The notes under the pieces were generated by a model. That model had not been told where the DNA came from. It ran no database searches and saw only the letters and a list, made by a program, of their open reading frames with translations. Below, one piece after another: positions 16,855 to 26,819 of a stretch of DNA of 64,000 nucleotides; within the stretch, counting starts at the first letter, position 1, and each line of letters starts with the position of its first letter. Source of the stretch: Bacteroidia bacterium (lineage in GTDB: Bacteria; Bacteroidota; Bacteroidia; AKYH767-A; OLB10). The stretch lies in NCBI GenBank assembly GCA_046330075.1, contig JAXLTL010000001.1, forward strand, positions 652,481 to 716,480, read 5' to 3'. A program made the translations under genes and the position numbers.

Positions 16855-18246
16855 ATGAAGAACCGCTACATTGACCTCATTCAACAAACGTTCGAGTTCC
16901 CTCAAGAGGGTTTTGACGTTATTGATAACCAACTGCATTTCAATGGAATACCACTTATGGACATCATTGAACAGTACGGTACGCCTTTGAAAATCACTTA
17001 TCTTCCGAAGATCAGCGCCCAGATTCAAAAGGCGAAACGGATATTTAATGTAGCAATGGCCAAAGCCGACTACGAAGGTAACTATTTATACTGCTATTGT
17101 ACGAAAAGTTCACATTTCGAGTTCGTATTAAATGAAGCGTTGAAGAACGATATTCATCTGGAGACCAGTTCAGCATTCGATATACCTATTATTAAAGAGC
17201 TTTCAAAAAATGAAAAAATTGCAAAAGACACCTTTATCCTCTGCAATGGTTTCAAGCGGGAAAATTATATCGAAGGAATAGCTGATCTGCTGAATGACGG
17301 ATTCGATAATTTGATATGTATTCTTGACAACAAGAAAGAACTGTCCGACTTACATCAGGAATATAAAGGCAAAATCAAGATTGGCATCCGCATCGCTTCA
17401 GAAGAAGAACCTAATGCAGAATTCTACACATCGCGTCTGGGCGTTCGCCACAATGAAATTCTTGATTTCTACCGGAACGAGATCAGCAAGAATAAAAATG
17501 TTGAATTAAAAATGCTTCATTTCTTTATCAATACAGGGATAAAGGATACAGCTTATTACTGGAGTGAACTACAACGAAATATTAACCTCTATTGTGATCT
17601 CAAGAAGATTTGCCCCGAGTTGGAATACCTTGATATCGGAGGTGGTTTTCCAATTAAAACGAAGCTCGATTTTAATTATGATTATCAATACATGGCCGAT
17701 GAAATAATCCGGCAGATCAAATCAGCCTGTGAGCAGCGCGAAGTACCGGAGCCAAACATAATGACGGAATTCGGTTCATTCACCGTGGGAGAAAGTGGTG
17801 CTGTTTTATTCTCAGTTGTTGGAGCGAAACAACAAAACGATAATGAGCTCTGGAACATGATTGATAGTTCTTTTATTACCACTTTGCCCGATACATGGGG
17901 AATTAAACAGAAGTTTATTCTCCTTGCAATAAACAACTGGGATGATGAATATCAAAGGGTGAATCTGGGAGGTATTACATGCGACTCCGATGACTATTAT
18001 ATAATGGAATCAGTACGTAACCGCGTATTTCTTCCAAAACCGGCTCCCGGTGAAATTCAATATCTCGGCTTTTTCCATACCGGGGCTTATCAGGAATCGA
18101 TTGGAGGATACGGCGGTATTCAGCATTGTTTGATACCCGCTCCGAAACATGTCCTCATCGACCGGGACGGTGAAGGTGAATACACTACCCGACTATTTGC
18201 GAAAGAACAAAGTGCAAAGAATATGATGAAGATCCTGGGATATTGA
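16855..18246 (+). CDS. type III (alanine-racemase fold) PLP-dependent decarboxylase, arginine/ornithine decarboxylase-like
   Basis: 463 aa. GGGFPI glycine-rich motif, conserved Cys (GGITCDSDD) and the TIM-barrel plus beta-sandwich layout of Orn/DAP/Arg decarboxylases. It is divergent from the arginase-family gene. Confidence 0.75.
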   Translation: MKNRYIDLIQQTFEFPQEGFDVIDNQLHFNGIPLMDIIEQYGTPLKITYLPKISAQIQKAKRIFNVAMAKADYEGNYLYCYCTKSSHFEFVLNEALKNDIHLETSSAFDIPIIKELSKNEKIAKDTFILCNGFKRENYIEGIADLLNDGFDNLICILDNKKELSDLHQEYKGKIKIGIRIASEEEPNAEFYTSRLGVRHNEILDFYRNEISKNKNVELKMLHFFINTGIKDTAYYWSELQRNINLYCDLKKICPELEYLDIGGGFPIKTKLDFNYDYQYMADEIIRQIKSACEQREVPEPNIMTEFGSFTVGESGAVLFSVVGAKQQNDNELWNMIDSSFITTLPDTWGIKQKFILLAINNWDDEYQRVNLGGITCDSDDYYIMESVRNRVFLPKPAPGEIQYLGFFHTGAYQESIGGYGGIQHCLIPAPKHVLIDRDGEGEYTTRLFAKEQSAKNMMKILGY

Positions 18247-18264
18247 TCACCTTCTTCAATGAAT

Positions 18265-18300
18265 AAGGCTGTCCGTTAAGGCAGCCTTTTTTTTATTTTT
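18265..18300 (+). terminator. rho-independent terminator after the decarboxylase gene
   Basis: AAGGCTGTCCgttaAGGCAGCCTT followed by TTTTTTTTATTTTT. Confidence 0.55.
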
Positions 18301-19552
18301 CCGTTATGTAAGGTACGCCTGAAGTTACGTTCTCGGCCTGAGGGGTCTTGATTTCTTCGCCGGCCCCACCCGAGCTTCCGCTCTTCACGACCATAAACCT
18401 CTCCTTCAGCCTGAGGAACCATTGTTCGTAATATGAATAACTGAGCCAGGAAACGAAGATTGTCAGTAAAGGAGCACCCAGATACATCACTCCATTGAAC
18501 ATAGCAGGATGCTGCAACAGTGCAGAATCGGAAGTTAGCTTAAACAGTATCGCGATTACGATGGTATGGTACATATAGATACCATAGGAGTAATTACCCA
18601 ATGCATTAAACACCGGATGCCGTAGTTTGACAGGACATGCAGGATTGGTGGAAACATTGATAATTACCAGCAGGAAAATCAGTGCTTCAAATAATGTATC
18701 TCCATAGAATTTATATTCTACAATAAAGAGTGATACGAAGAGGAAAAAGTTCAGCCAGTTGGTAACAGGGCTATAGAAAAATTTTAATGCTCTGGGTTTC
18801 TGGTGATAGAGATAGAACGCACCCAATGCGCCTACAGCCATTTGTTCGATCTTGAAAAGATTCCAGTAGAGCAGAAACTTGTTGCAGATCAATTGAACTT
18901 TTCCTGCAGGTAATTGCATAACCAGAAGACCAAACGACACAGAGACCAGCAGTTTGCCAATGATCAGCATCAGCAACATTCTAACGAAATGTTTCCTGAA
19001 TTTCCGAACCAACCATGGCCAGATAAGATAAAATTGTTCTTCCACCCCTACACTCCAGGTCTGGCTTCCTCCAACGATTTCAACACTGTTATACCTTACA
19101 AGATTCGGTAACATCAGAAATGACAACGCAAACCAAATCCAGAAATGGTTCTGTAACAGATGCTGCCCATTACCTCCAATGTCGAAAAAATGAGGGACGA
19201 CAAAAAAAGCAACTGCGATGACCAGATAATAAACCGGCCAAATTCTCAATATCCTTCGGATATAGAATTTTTTTAATGCGACCGTTCCTGTTTTTGTTGT
19301 TTCCGCCAACAAGAGGTACGTAATCAGAAATCCGCTGAGCACAAAGAAAAAGCTAACTGCTTTGTGCCCAAGAGCCTGAATGATGGTGCTGAGCATACCA
19401 TGGCCGGTGAATACCGAAGCATAAGCTGCAGTATTTGCTGAAGCCCATAGTTTATATTGCTCAATATGGTGAAAGATAACTGCAGTTGCAGCGAAAAACC
19501 GGAGGCCGTTTAATCCTCCGAAGTAGATTTTGTCATTGGGGGTCTGACTCAT
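18293..19552 (-). CDS. acyltransferase family 3 (OafA-like) integral membrane O-acyltransferase
   Basis: FGGLNGLRFFAATAVIFHHIEQ is the conserved N-terminal motif of acyltransferase_3; about 10 TM. I start at MSQTPNDKIYFGG (19552); the track ORF extends to 19600. Confidence 0.8.
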   Translation of the reverse strand: MSQTPNDKIYFGGLNGLRFFAATAVIFHHIEQYKLWASANTAAYASVFTGHGMLSTIIQALGHKAVSFFFVLSGFLITYLLLAETTKTGTVALKKFYIRRILRIWPVYYLVIAVAFFVVPHFFDIGGNGQHLLQNHFWIWFALSFLMLPNLVRYNSVEIVGGSQTWSVGVEEQFYLIWPWLVRKFRKHFVRMLLMLIIGKLLVSVSFGLLVMQLPAGKVQLICNKFLLYWNLFKIEQMAVGALGAFYLYHQKPRALKFFYSPVTNWLNFFLFVSLFIVEYKFYGDTLFEALIFLLVIINVSTNPACPVKLRHPVFNALGNYSYGIYMYHTIVIAILFKLTSDSALLQHPAMFNGVMYLGAPLLTIFVSWLSYSYYEQWFLRLKERFMVVKSGSSGGAGEEIKTPQAENVTSGVPYITEK

Positions 19553-19631
19553 GACCCCTTCTACGCAAAATCTGCCGGCAGGTTCCGCCCTTTTATTCAA
19601 CTAGCGTATAGTACGCCACCGCGTTTCCGGG

Positions 19632-20030
19632 TTATTTTGCCTTACGGAAAAGATAACGGGTCATATAAATTCCCTGGCCTTTTCCTTCAGTTGGACTTTG
19701 GACACCAGAGGTCACAGTAAAAAGCTCCCAACCATCTTTGGTATACTCATTCACCTTGTCAACAATAAGCCGGTCATTGTTCGCTATATTACCGAAATTG
19801 ATTCCGACCATCGAATACAGGTTCAGCAGCTCCTTCTCTATAGTTGTTCCGTCAGAAGAAGTAGAAACAATCCGTGAACGCCCAAGCCCGCCGGGAATAA
19901 TTGATTCAACAGTTGAAAACTGACGATATTCGTACTCTACAGGAGCCGGTGTAGGACGAAATGCGAAAAAGAGCAGAATGCCTGTTAGCATTACCAGAGA
20001 AGGAAGTAAGGTTTGAATTCGGGATTTCAT
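19632..20030 (-). CDS. hypothetical membrane-anchored protein
   Basis: Start taken at MKSRIQTLLPSLVMLTGILLFFAF (signal/TM); the track ORF extends to 20123. Confidence 0.4.
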   Translation of the reverse strand: MKSRIQTLLPSLVMLTGILLFFAFRPTPAPVEYEYRQFSTVESIIPGGLGRSRIVSTSSDGTTIEKELLNLYSMVGINFGNIANNDRLIVDKVNEYTKDGWELFTVTSGVQSPTEGKGQGIYMTRYLFRKAK

Positions 20031-20222
20031 AGTGTAAGCTATATTTAATGGTGTTTCGAAGTTGTCAGATGGCAGATAAACAGGAATTCCCAAAAATACT
20101 ATCCGTTTTATAATATTTAACACCGTAACCGACCGATTGTTTGATCTTGCGCCTAAACCGTGAAAAATACTCCATGAGCATCCGAAGCTCGATGGAAAGA
20201 CGATCCCTGATTCCCCGGGTTG

Positions 20223-20654
20223 TTACTTCCGGTAAAACTCAAGACCGGCCTGAAGCAGTTCATTCATATCCAACTGCAGCAATTCGCTCCAGGCACTTGC
20301 CTTGCTGCCGGATTCAGGATAAACACAAATCCACTGCTCACTATCAAAACAGAATAAAAATGCTTCCTGTACCTTATGAATCAGCATTTCCTTTTGAAGA
20401 TTTTCAATATCTGAAATTTCAGGTATCTGCCTGCTGAATTCAATCACTACTGCAGGAATATAATCCTGTGCTTTGCTATAAATTACTATATCCGATTGAG
20501 GCGAATTCTCCGAATGCAAATCCCAATAACCATCCGGAACTGCTTCAGCAAGCCTCTTATCCAGCGATCGTGAAACCCGGTGAAGTAAAACTATAATATA
20601 TAGTTCCCTGAAAGGGATCGGGTCTATTACCGGATGTAAGCTCAAAACTGCCAT
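20223..20654 (-). CDS. hypothetical protein (143 aa)
   Basis: Clean ORF ahead of a 290-bp AT-rich intergenic region. No confident family call. Confidence 0.4.
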   Translation of the reverse strand: MAVLSLHPVIDPIPFRELYIIVLLHRVSRSLDKRLAEAVPDGYWDLHSENSPQSDIVIYSKAQDYIPAVVIEFSRQIPEISDIENLQKEMLIHKVQEAFLFCFDSEQWICVYPESGSKASAWSELLQLDMNELLQAGLEFYRK

Positions 20655-20942
20655 AATAATGGGTATTTCTCAAAGTTATCAATCGTAAAATTTATCTGAG
20701 TGGTTTTTGAAAAACATAACAATTTGATAATTATTACCGATACTAAAACTTCAAATAGCGACTGTATTAATTTGATATTCTGATATATATAAATTAATAC
20801 TAAATCACATCTAACTTAGCTGGCAAATTCTCTAACAGTGGTTATGAACAATATATGTTAAAAATTTTGGGTGAACATGCAATATTCTTAGGTGAAAATA
20901 TGTTTATCTTTGACAAACGAAATTCGGACAAACATAACCCCC

Positions 20943-21806
20943 ATGAAAAAACTCTTGATATTATTTGGATTCACCGCATTTATTGCCAGCTGTGGACCAG
21001 ACTACAAAGCCGAAGTTGAGCGCATGATGCGCGAACGCGACAGCCTTATGGCGCAGTACGATGCAAAGGATTCTGTGATTAACGGATATATGCAGGACAT
21101 TAGCGAAATCCAATCCAGCATCGAAGGTCTTACACAACAGGAAGAAATGTTGAACCGTGAAGGGGCAGCAAATCCTGAAGTTTCTCAAGATGCAAAAGCT
21201 AAAATCATGGGCGATATTGATGCGATTCGCCAGCTGATTGATGCTAACAAAAAGAAACTTTCTGAACTCCAGGCGCGAGTAAGAAAGTCAAACGTAAAAG
21301 TTGCTGAACTGGAGAAGATGATTGCTTCACTCAACACGCAACTTGCACAACGCGATTCAAGCATTAATGCATTGAATGAGAATGTACTTGCACTGAACGG
21401 TACCATTACCACCATGCAAACAGAAATGGATACCATTAAGGCAGATGTTGCCCGCAAGGCAACGGAGATCACTGACAAAACTACCCGTCTGCACACTGCC
21501 TACTATACCGTTGGCAATTACAAGACCCTGCGTGATAAGAAGGTGTTGTCGAAACAAGGTGGTTTCCTCGGTTTAGGTAAGGCGAAGACCATGGTTCCTG
21601 ATTTCAACCAGGAAGCATTCACCCGTATCGATTATACAAATACGAAGATGATCGAGCTTAACTCAAAAGCAGTGAAACTCGTCAGCACTCACCCAAGCGG
21701 CACTTATACTTTACGTAAAGAAAACGAGAAAATTACAGGAATCGAAATCACTGATCCTGAGAAATTCTGGGCTGCTTCCAAATACCTGGTTGTAGTAACT
21801 GAGTAA
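20943..21806 (+). CDS. coiled-coil lipoprotein, hypothetical
   Basis: MKKLLILFGFTAFIASCGP lipobox. A long heptad-like region (MLNREGAANPEVSQDAKAKIMGDIDAIRQLIDANKKKLSELQARVRKSNVKVAELEKMIASL...). A Bacteroidetes-type -7 element TAtcTTTG lies at about 20903. Confidence 0.5.
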   Translation: MKKLLILFGFTAFIASCGPDYKAEVERMMRERDSLMAQYDAKDSVINGYMQDISEIQSSIEGLTQQEEMLNREGAANPEVSQDAKAKIMGDIDAIRQLIDANKKKLSELQARVRKSNVKVAELEKMIASLNTQLAQRDSSINALNENVLALNGTITTMQTEMDTIKADVARKATEITDKTTRLHTAYYTVGNYKTLRDKKVLSKQGGFLGLGKAKTMVPDFNQEAFTRIDYTNTKMIELNSKAVKLVSTHPSGTYTLRKENEKITGIEITDPEKFWAASKYLVVVTE

Positions 21807-21826
21807 TAGTAATCAAACCCAAGACC

Positions 21827-21853
21827 AGCCCCGGATTCCGGGGCTTTTTTTTT
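21827..21853 (+). terminator. rho-independent terminator
   Basis: AGCCCCGGAttCCGGGGCT followed by a run of nine T's. Confidence 0.6.
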
Positions 21854-21881
21854 GATCACTACAAACGATTATCTTCACACA

Positions 21882-22430
21882 ATGCGAGCCGTTTATTACT
21901 TCTTCTTCGTGCTGGTTGGAGGCTGGAAAATCAAAGGCGATGTTCCAAGGAACCTCAGAAAGTACATTATTGCTGTTGCGCCCCACACCTCGAACTGGGA
22001 TTTTCTGATAGGCCTCGCCGTTAGAAGTATAAAACGATTTCCTTCCAACTTTCTCGGTAAAAAAGAACTTTTCACTTCACCATTTGGTTGGCTCTTTAAA
22101 AAGCTGGGAGGTTATCCGGTTGACAGAAGTAAACATACACATCTGGTTGATCAGGTTGTTCAACTGATTCAGGAAAATGAGCAGTTTGTGGTAGCAATTG
22201 CACCAGAGGGAACTCGAAAAAGCGTGAATAAATGGAAAACGGGATTCTATCACATGGCCTATAAAGGCGGTATTCCGATTGTATTAGCCAGTTTTGATTA
22301 TCCATCCAAAACTGTTGAATTCAGTACCCCTTTTTACCCTACCGGAGACTTTGATCAGGATGCCCCGGCGATAGCACGTTTCTTTGATGGTAAAAAAGGA
22401 AAAACCCGGGGAATCACTCCGGTCAATTGA
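21882..22430 (+). CDS. 1-acyl-sn-glycerol-3-phosphate acyltransferase family (lysophospholipid acyltransferase)
   Basis: HX4D motif in VAPHTSNWDF and second motif VAIAPEGTRK. Start taken at the ATG at 21882, after the terminator. Confidence 0.8.
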   Translation: MRAVYYFFFVLVGGWKIKGDVPRNLRKYIIAVAPHTSNWDFLIGLAVRSIKRFPSNFLGKKELFTSPFGWLFKKLGGYPVDRSKHTHLVDQVVQLIQENEQFVVAIAPEGTRKSVNKWKTGFYHMAYKGGIPIVLASFDYPSKTVEFSTPFYPTGDFDQDAPAIARFFDGKKGKTRGITPVN

Positions 22431-22587
22431 ACCTTTCTTGTTCATTTTCAATAATTTAAAAAAAGAAGGTACGGATATTAAAACATAAATGCATGATAAC
22501 CGTTATTGATAGTAATACTATCATGATATAGTATACAGGCAGGTTAGGTTTTCAGGTAGAAGAGGTCCATTCGTGGGCCTCTTCTTA

Positions 22588-23565
22588 TTATATTCCTGCC
22601 AATAGTGGCTGTAAAGCTCTTGATACGTTTTCTTCGATCCTGGGTAATACCCGTGACACATCTGCACGGTTAAATGCTGATCCGGTGATTTTCTGATACA
22701 GTTCAATGTACCGTTCGCTGACTTCATTCACGAAATCATCCGGAAAATCCGGAATAGTTTGTCCCTCGAGTCCCTGAAAACCATTTGCAATTAACCATTG
22801 CCTTAAAAACTCTTTACTGAGCTGACGCTGAGCTTCCCCTTTCGCCTGTCGTTCTTCATACCCTTCCGCATAAAAATACCTGGAGCTGTCCGGCGTATGA
22901 ATTTCGTCAATGATATAGATTTTATCATTGGCCCTTCCGAATTCATATTTTGTATCTACGAGGATCAACCCTTTTTCAGCAGCCATCTTCTTACCTCTGT
23001 TATATAAAGCTCTCGTGTATTTCTCAATTGTCAGATATTCTTCTTCTGATACAATTCCCTGCTGAATGATTTCTTCGCGGCTGATATCCAGATCGTGCCC
23101 ATGATCACTTTTTGTAGTCGGTGTAATGATAGGCTCGGGGAACGGATCATTTTCCCTCAACCCATCCGGCATACTCACACCACAAATCACCCGTTTACCA
23201 CTGCTGTACTCACGCCATGCATGACCGCTGAGATACCCCCGGATAACCATTTCAACTTTATAGGGTTTACATAAGATGCCGATCGTGGCATTCGGATCAG
23301 GAACAGAAATTACCCAGTTAGGACATATGTCTTTTGTAGCTTCCAGGAAATAAGCTGCCAGTTGATTCAGCACCTGTCCCTTGTATGGAATGGGGCGCGG
23401 CATTATGAAGTCAAAAGCAGAGACACGATCACTTACGATCATGACCATGAATCGATTATCTACATAATAGACATCTCGAACCTTACCATGATAAACAGAA
23501 GATATTGCAGGAAGTTTCAGGTTAGTTCTGGTGATGCATTGATCGTCGGTTAGCATGGCTGACAT
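22588..23565 (-). CDS. purC: phosphoribosylaminoimidazole-succinocarboxamide synthase (SAICAR synthetase)
   Basis: YHGKVRDVY...[13 protein letters not shown]...LVDTKYEFG...[13 protein letters not shown]: canonical PurC motifs (long form). Start taken at MSAML (23565). Confidence 0.9.
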   Translation of the reverse strand: MSAMLTDDQCITRTNLKLPAISSVYHGKVRDVYYVDNRFMVMIVSDRVSAFDFIMPRPIPYKGQVLNQLAAYFLEATKDICPNWVISVPDPNATIGILCKPYKVEMVIRGYLSGHAWREYSSGKRVICGVSMPDGLRENDPFPEPIITPTTKSDHGHDLDISREEIIQQGIVSEEEYLTIEKYTRALYNRGKKMAAEKGLILVDTKYEFGRANDKIYIIDEIHTPDSSRYFYAEGYEERQAKGEAQRQLSKEFLRQWLIANGFQGLEGQTIPDFPDDFVNEVSERYIELYQKITGSAFNRADVSRVLPRIEENVSRALQPLLAGI

Positions 23566-23648
23566 GGGGGAGGATTTTGTACAAATGTAATCGATGTTTA
23601 CATCCACTCGTCAAAACCAAAAGATGTGCAGGTTGTTATTTTTACGCT

Positions 23649-24551
23649 ATGATTCCTATTGCCTACTCGGAAATCTATAATCATCCCCTTCCCCCGGGTC
23701 ATCGGTTTCCGATGTTAAAATATGAACTGATTCCCGGACAGTTGCTGTATGAAGGTACAATTGTTGCGCAACAACTCTTTACTCCTGAACCCATCGATCT
23801 CGCTACTGCCCGCCTTGTACACACCCCTGAATACCTGAACAAACTCATCAGATTAGGTCTGTCTGCCTCCGAAATCCGAAAAAGCGGTTTCCCGTTAAGT
23901 CAACAACTTATCGATCGGGAACTTATCATCACCGGGGGCACCTGCGCCTGTTCAGACTTTGCGTTGGAATACGGGGTTTCCTTTAATGTTGCCGGCGGTA
24001 CGCACCATGCCTCATCCCATCAGGCGGAAGGATTTTGCCTTTTAAATGATCAGGCTGTTGCGGCATCCCGACTACTTTATTCTCAAAAATCAAAAGCTAT
24101 ACTTATCATTGACCTCGATGTGCACCAGGGAAATGGTACCGCTGAAATTTTTTCGGGAAATCCTCAGGTATTTACCTTCAGTATGCATGCTGGTCATAAT
24201 TTCCCATTGAAAAAAGAAAAAAGCAGCCTGGATATTCCATTGCCTGATGGTTGCAGCGACGACACTTATCTTGAAACGCTGAAAAAAGCCTTGCAGCATA
24301 TTTCAGAAAGCTTTAATCCGGATTTTGTTTTTTATCAAAGCGGAGTTGATGTTCTGGCAACAGATAAAATCGGCCGGCTCAGCCTTTCAAAAAACGCCTG
24401 TATGGAGCGCGACCGGCTAGTGTTAAACTATTGTTTTTCCCGAGGCCTTCCACTGGTGATAACGATGGGTGGCGGTTACTCTGAAAAAATTTCCGACATT
24501 GTAGATGCACATTGTAACACGTTCAGAGTAGCAACCGAAATTTATAGCTAG
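23649..24551 (+). CDS. histone deacetylase-family (arginase/deacetylase fold) protein, AcuC/aphA-like
   Basis: MIPIAYSEIYNHPLPPGHRFPMLKY..., GTHHA and DLDVHQGNGT motifs of the HDAC family. Start taken at MIPIAY (23649). Confidence 0.8.
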   Translation: MIPIAYSEIYNHPLPPGHRFPMLKYELIPGQLLYEGTIVAQQLFTPEPIDLATARLVHTPEYLNKLIRLGLSASEIRKSGFPLSQQLIDRELIITGGTCACSDFALEYGVSFNVAGGTHHASSHQAEGFCLLNDQAVAASRLLYSQKSKAILIIDLDVHQGNGTAEIFSGNPQVFTFSMHAGHNFPLKKEKSSLDIPLPDGCSDDTYLETLKKALQHISESFNPDFVFYQSGVDVLATDKIGRLSLSKNACMERDRLVLNYCFSRGLPLVITMGGGYSEKISDIVDAHCNTFRVATEIYS

Positions 24552-25588
24552 CCTTCTTTGCCGCCTCCCTGTTTTTCCTCCGGTCCGAAACCATCTTTCT
24601 TTTCTTTTGAGGCATTCGCTATACGGTCATAGGCATGGATGATGTCCCGCACCAACCGATGACGCACAACATCGGCAGCATCAAGATGAACAAATCCAAT
24701 TCCATCAATGTTCTTCAGGATGCGTGTTGCCTGTACAAGTCCGGAAGGCTGATTGCGCGGCAAATCAACCTGTGAGGTATCACCCGTTACAATCATCTTT
24801 GCATGAGGTCCCATTCGGGTTAAAAACATCTTCAGCTGACTTTCAGTAGCATTCTGTGCTTCATCCAAAATCACATACGCATGATCCAGCGTACGTCCCC
24901 GCATAAAAGCCAGGGGTGCAACCTCAATCACCCCATTTTCAAGGAAAGTGCGGAGTTTTTCACCTGGAATCATATCAAACAATGCATCATACAGAGGCCG
25001 GAGATATGGGTCGATTTTCTCTTTGAGATCTCCGGGTAAAAAACCCAGATTTTCCCCGGCTTCCACTGCCGGCCGTGTTAGAATGATCCTTCGTATTTCT
25101 CTGTTTTTTAACGCTCTTACCGCCAGCGCCACGGCGGTATAAGTTTTACCGGTTCCCGCTGGTCCGATAGCAAACACGATGTCGTTTCTGTCGCAGGTCT
25201 CCACCAGTTTCTGCTGGTTGGGAGTGCGCGCCCTTACCAGTATTCCACCGGGGCCAAAAACAAGCACATCTTTTCCATCTCCTGAAGAACCGGACGATGA
25301 GCCAGACCGATCATTTTCAGATGCACTTTTCTGACCTCTTCCATTCAGCAGATAATCTACTTCTGTAGGGGTCATAATACCGTGTTCCCGAAAGTGAGCC
25401 AGCAACTTATTTATTTTTTCCCCGGCCACCAGGAGCTGCTCATCGGTTCCGATCAGCTTCAGTTCATGCCCCCTCCCAACAACTTTTAATTCAGGAAAAC
25501 GGCGTCGGATTACATCCAGGTTGGCATCATTCACTCCGAAAAAATCCACCACATTAGTGAAGTCCAGAGAAATTACAATTTCTTTCAA
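24548..25588 (-). CDS. phoH: PhoH-family ATPase
   Basis: Walker A GPAGTGKTYTAVALAV and a PhoH-like C-terminus. A low-complexity SGSSSGSSGDGK linker follows the N-terminal domain. Confidence 0.88.
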   Translation of the reverse strand: MKEIVISLDFTNVVDFFGVNDANLDVIRRRFPELKVVGRGHELKLIGTDEQLLVAGEKINKLLAHFREHGIMTPTEVDYLLNGRGQKSASENDRSGSSSGSSGDGKDVLVFGPGGILVRARTPNQQKLVETCDRNDIVFAIGPAGTGKTYTAVALAVRALKNREIRRIILTRPAVEAGENLGFLPGDLKEKIDPYLRPLYDALFDMIPGEKLRTFLENGVIEVAPLAFMRGRTLDHAYVILDEAQNATESQLKMFLTRMGPHAKMIVTGDTSQVDLPRNQPSGLVQATRILKNIDGIGFVHLDAADVVRHRLVRDIIHAYDRIANASKEKKDGFGPEEKQGGGKEG

Positions 25589-25648
25589 TCTGTATTTTTG
25601 TTTCTACTATTTACGATGTAAAGATAAGAATCGTTACTCAATTGAAGC

Positions 25649-26200
25649 ATGAAAGCCAGACGAAACGCCACAGCTCCAGCTTTAAACAGCCGCCGAAATC
25701 TTGAGGATATTGTACATCAGAGGCTCTCAGAGAAAATGATGAAAAAAGACGTTGAAGCCCTTGCCGAAGCTGTAGGAAACCATGGTGAAATTCTGTTAAA
25801 ATATTCATTGCATGCTGAAACAGAAACGGCTAACCGGGCATCCTGGGTGTACAGATCCTGGGCCGAAACGCATACGATTTTGCTTCCATCACTTTTCAAT
25901 CAGATGATCAGCGTATTGAACCAGACCGAAAACGGCAGTGTCATCCGAAACCTGACCGGAGTATGGGTTGACCATGGCTACCCCTCTAAACAGGACAGTA
26001 AAATTTTAGACTTAGGTTTCAAAGTGCTTAAAAACACCAACTATGCTATTGCCGTCTATGCAAACATTCTCGGAATATTGGCATTTCCTTGCTCCAGGTA
26101 TCCCGAGTTAAAAGAAGAAATAAGGCTGATAGCACTTCGACAGCCCCTCGCCGGTGAAAACGGGTTCAGAAAAAGACTAACAGATTTGCTCAATGCCTGA
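25649..26200 (+). CDS. hypothetical protein (183 aa)
   Basis: Clean ORF directly upstream of the ECF sigma gene. Helical, no motif recognised. Confidence 0.4.
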   Translation: MKARRNATAPALNSRRNLEDIVHQRLSEKMMKKDVEALAEAVGNHGEILLKYSLHAETETANRASWVYRSWAETHTILLPSLFNQMISVLNQTENGSVIRNLTGVWVDHGYPSKQDSKILDLGFKVLKNTNYAIAVYANILGILAFPCSRYPELKEEIRLIALRQPLAGENGFRKRLTDLLNA

Positions 26201-26231
26201 AGAGCTCCCCGCTTTTGGTTAAATTTGACTC

Positions 26232-26819
26232 GTGGGAAACAATCCTTCATATAAAAACCTGACCGATGCTGACCTGATTCGTATTTACAAATCAGAGCGG
26301 CAGATGGAAGTAGTTGGCGCCTTGTATGCCCGCTATTCGCATCTGGTATTTGGTGTTTGTATGAAATACCTGAAAGATGAAGATGAAAGTAAGGATGCAG
26401 CCTCGCAGGTATTTGAGAAGCTCGTGAAGGAACTTTTGAGACATGATGTAGACAATTTCAGAGGCTGGCTACATACGGTCACAAAATTTCATTGTCTGAT
26501 GTTGTTGCGTTCCGGGAAGAAGGAAATCACCGGAATGGATCCGGGAATTATGGAAAAAGAGCTCTCGATGCATCCATCGGGTCTAAGTACAGACGAAGTA
26601 CTTGAAAAAGAAAGGCTATTGCAACTTCTTGAAAATGCGATGGGAGAACTGGACGAACATCAACAACGCTGCATCCGGCTTTTCTATCTTGAAGAGAAAA
26701 GTTATCTTGAAGTAAGTGAAATAACAGGTTATACTCTCAATCAGGTAAAAAGCTATATCCAGAATGGAAAACGCAACCTGAAAATACTCATGACAAAAGA
26801 TGAACATCAACGGGAATAA
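26232..26819 (+). CDS. RNA polymerase ECF-type sigma-70 factor
   Basis: Region 2 (DADLIRIYKSERQMEVVGALYARYSHLVFGVCMKYL...) and region 4 (LFYLEEKSYLEVSEITGYTLNQVKSYIQNGKRNL). GTG start at 26232. Confidence 0.85.
   Translation: MGNNPSYKNLTDADLIRIYKSERQMEVVGALYARYSHLVFGVCMKYLKDEDESKDAASQVFEKLVKELLRHDVDNFRGWLHTVTKFHCLMLLRSGKKEITGMDPGIMEKELSMHPSGLSTDEVLEKERLLQLLENAMGELDEHQQRCIRLFYLEEKSYLEVSEITGYTLNQVKSYIQNGKRNLKILMTKDEHQRE

Noticed and set aside
20655-20942. AT-rich 290-bp intergenic region as a horizontally acquired fragment or small RNA
   Set aside because: It contains a Bacteroidetes-type promoter (TAtcTTTG near 20903) for the lipoprotein gene and a small ATTAATTT/AAATTAAT inverted repeat. 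AT-richness is normal for promoter regions in this phylum, and no conserved structure stands out.
22431-22587. TATCATGATA palindromes between the PlsC-like gene and purC
   Set aside because: Short (10 nt), in a convergent terminator region that also holds a good GC hairpin (AGAAGAGGCCCACGAATGGACCTCTTCT). Most simply part of a bidirectional terminator.
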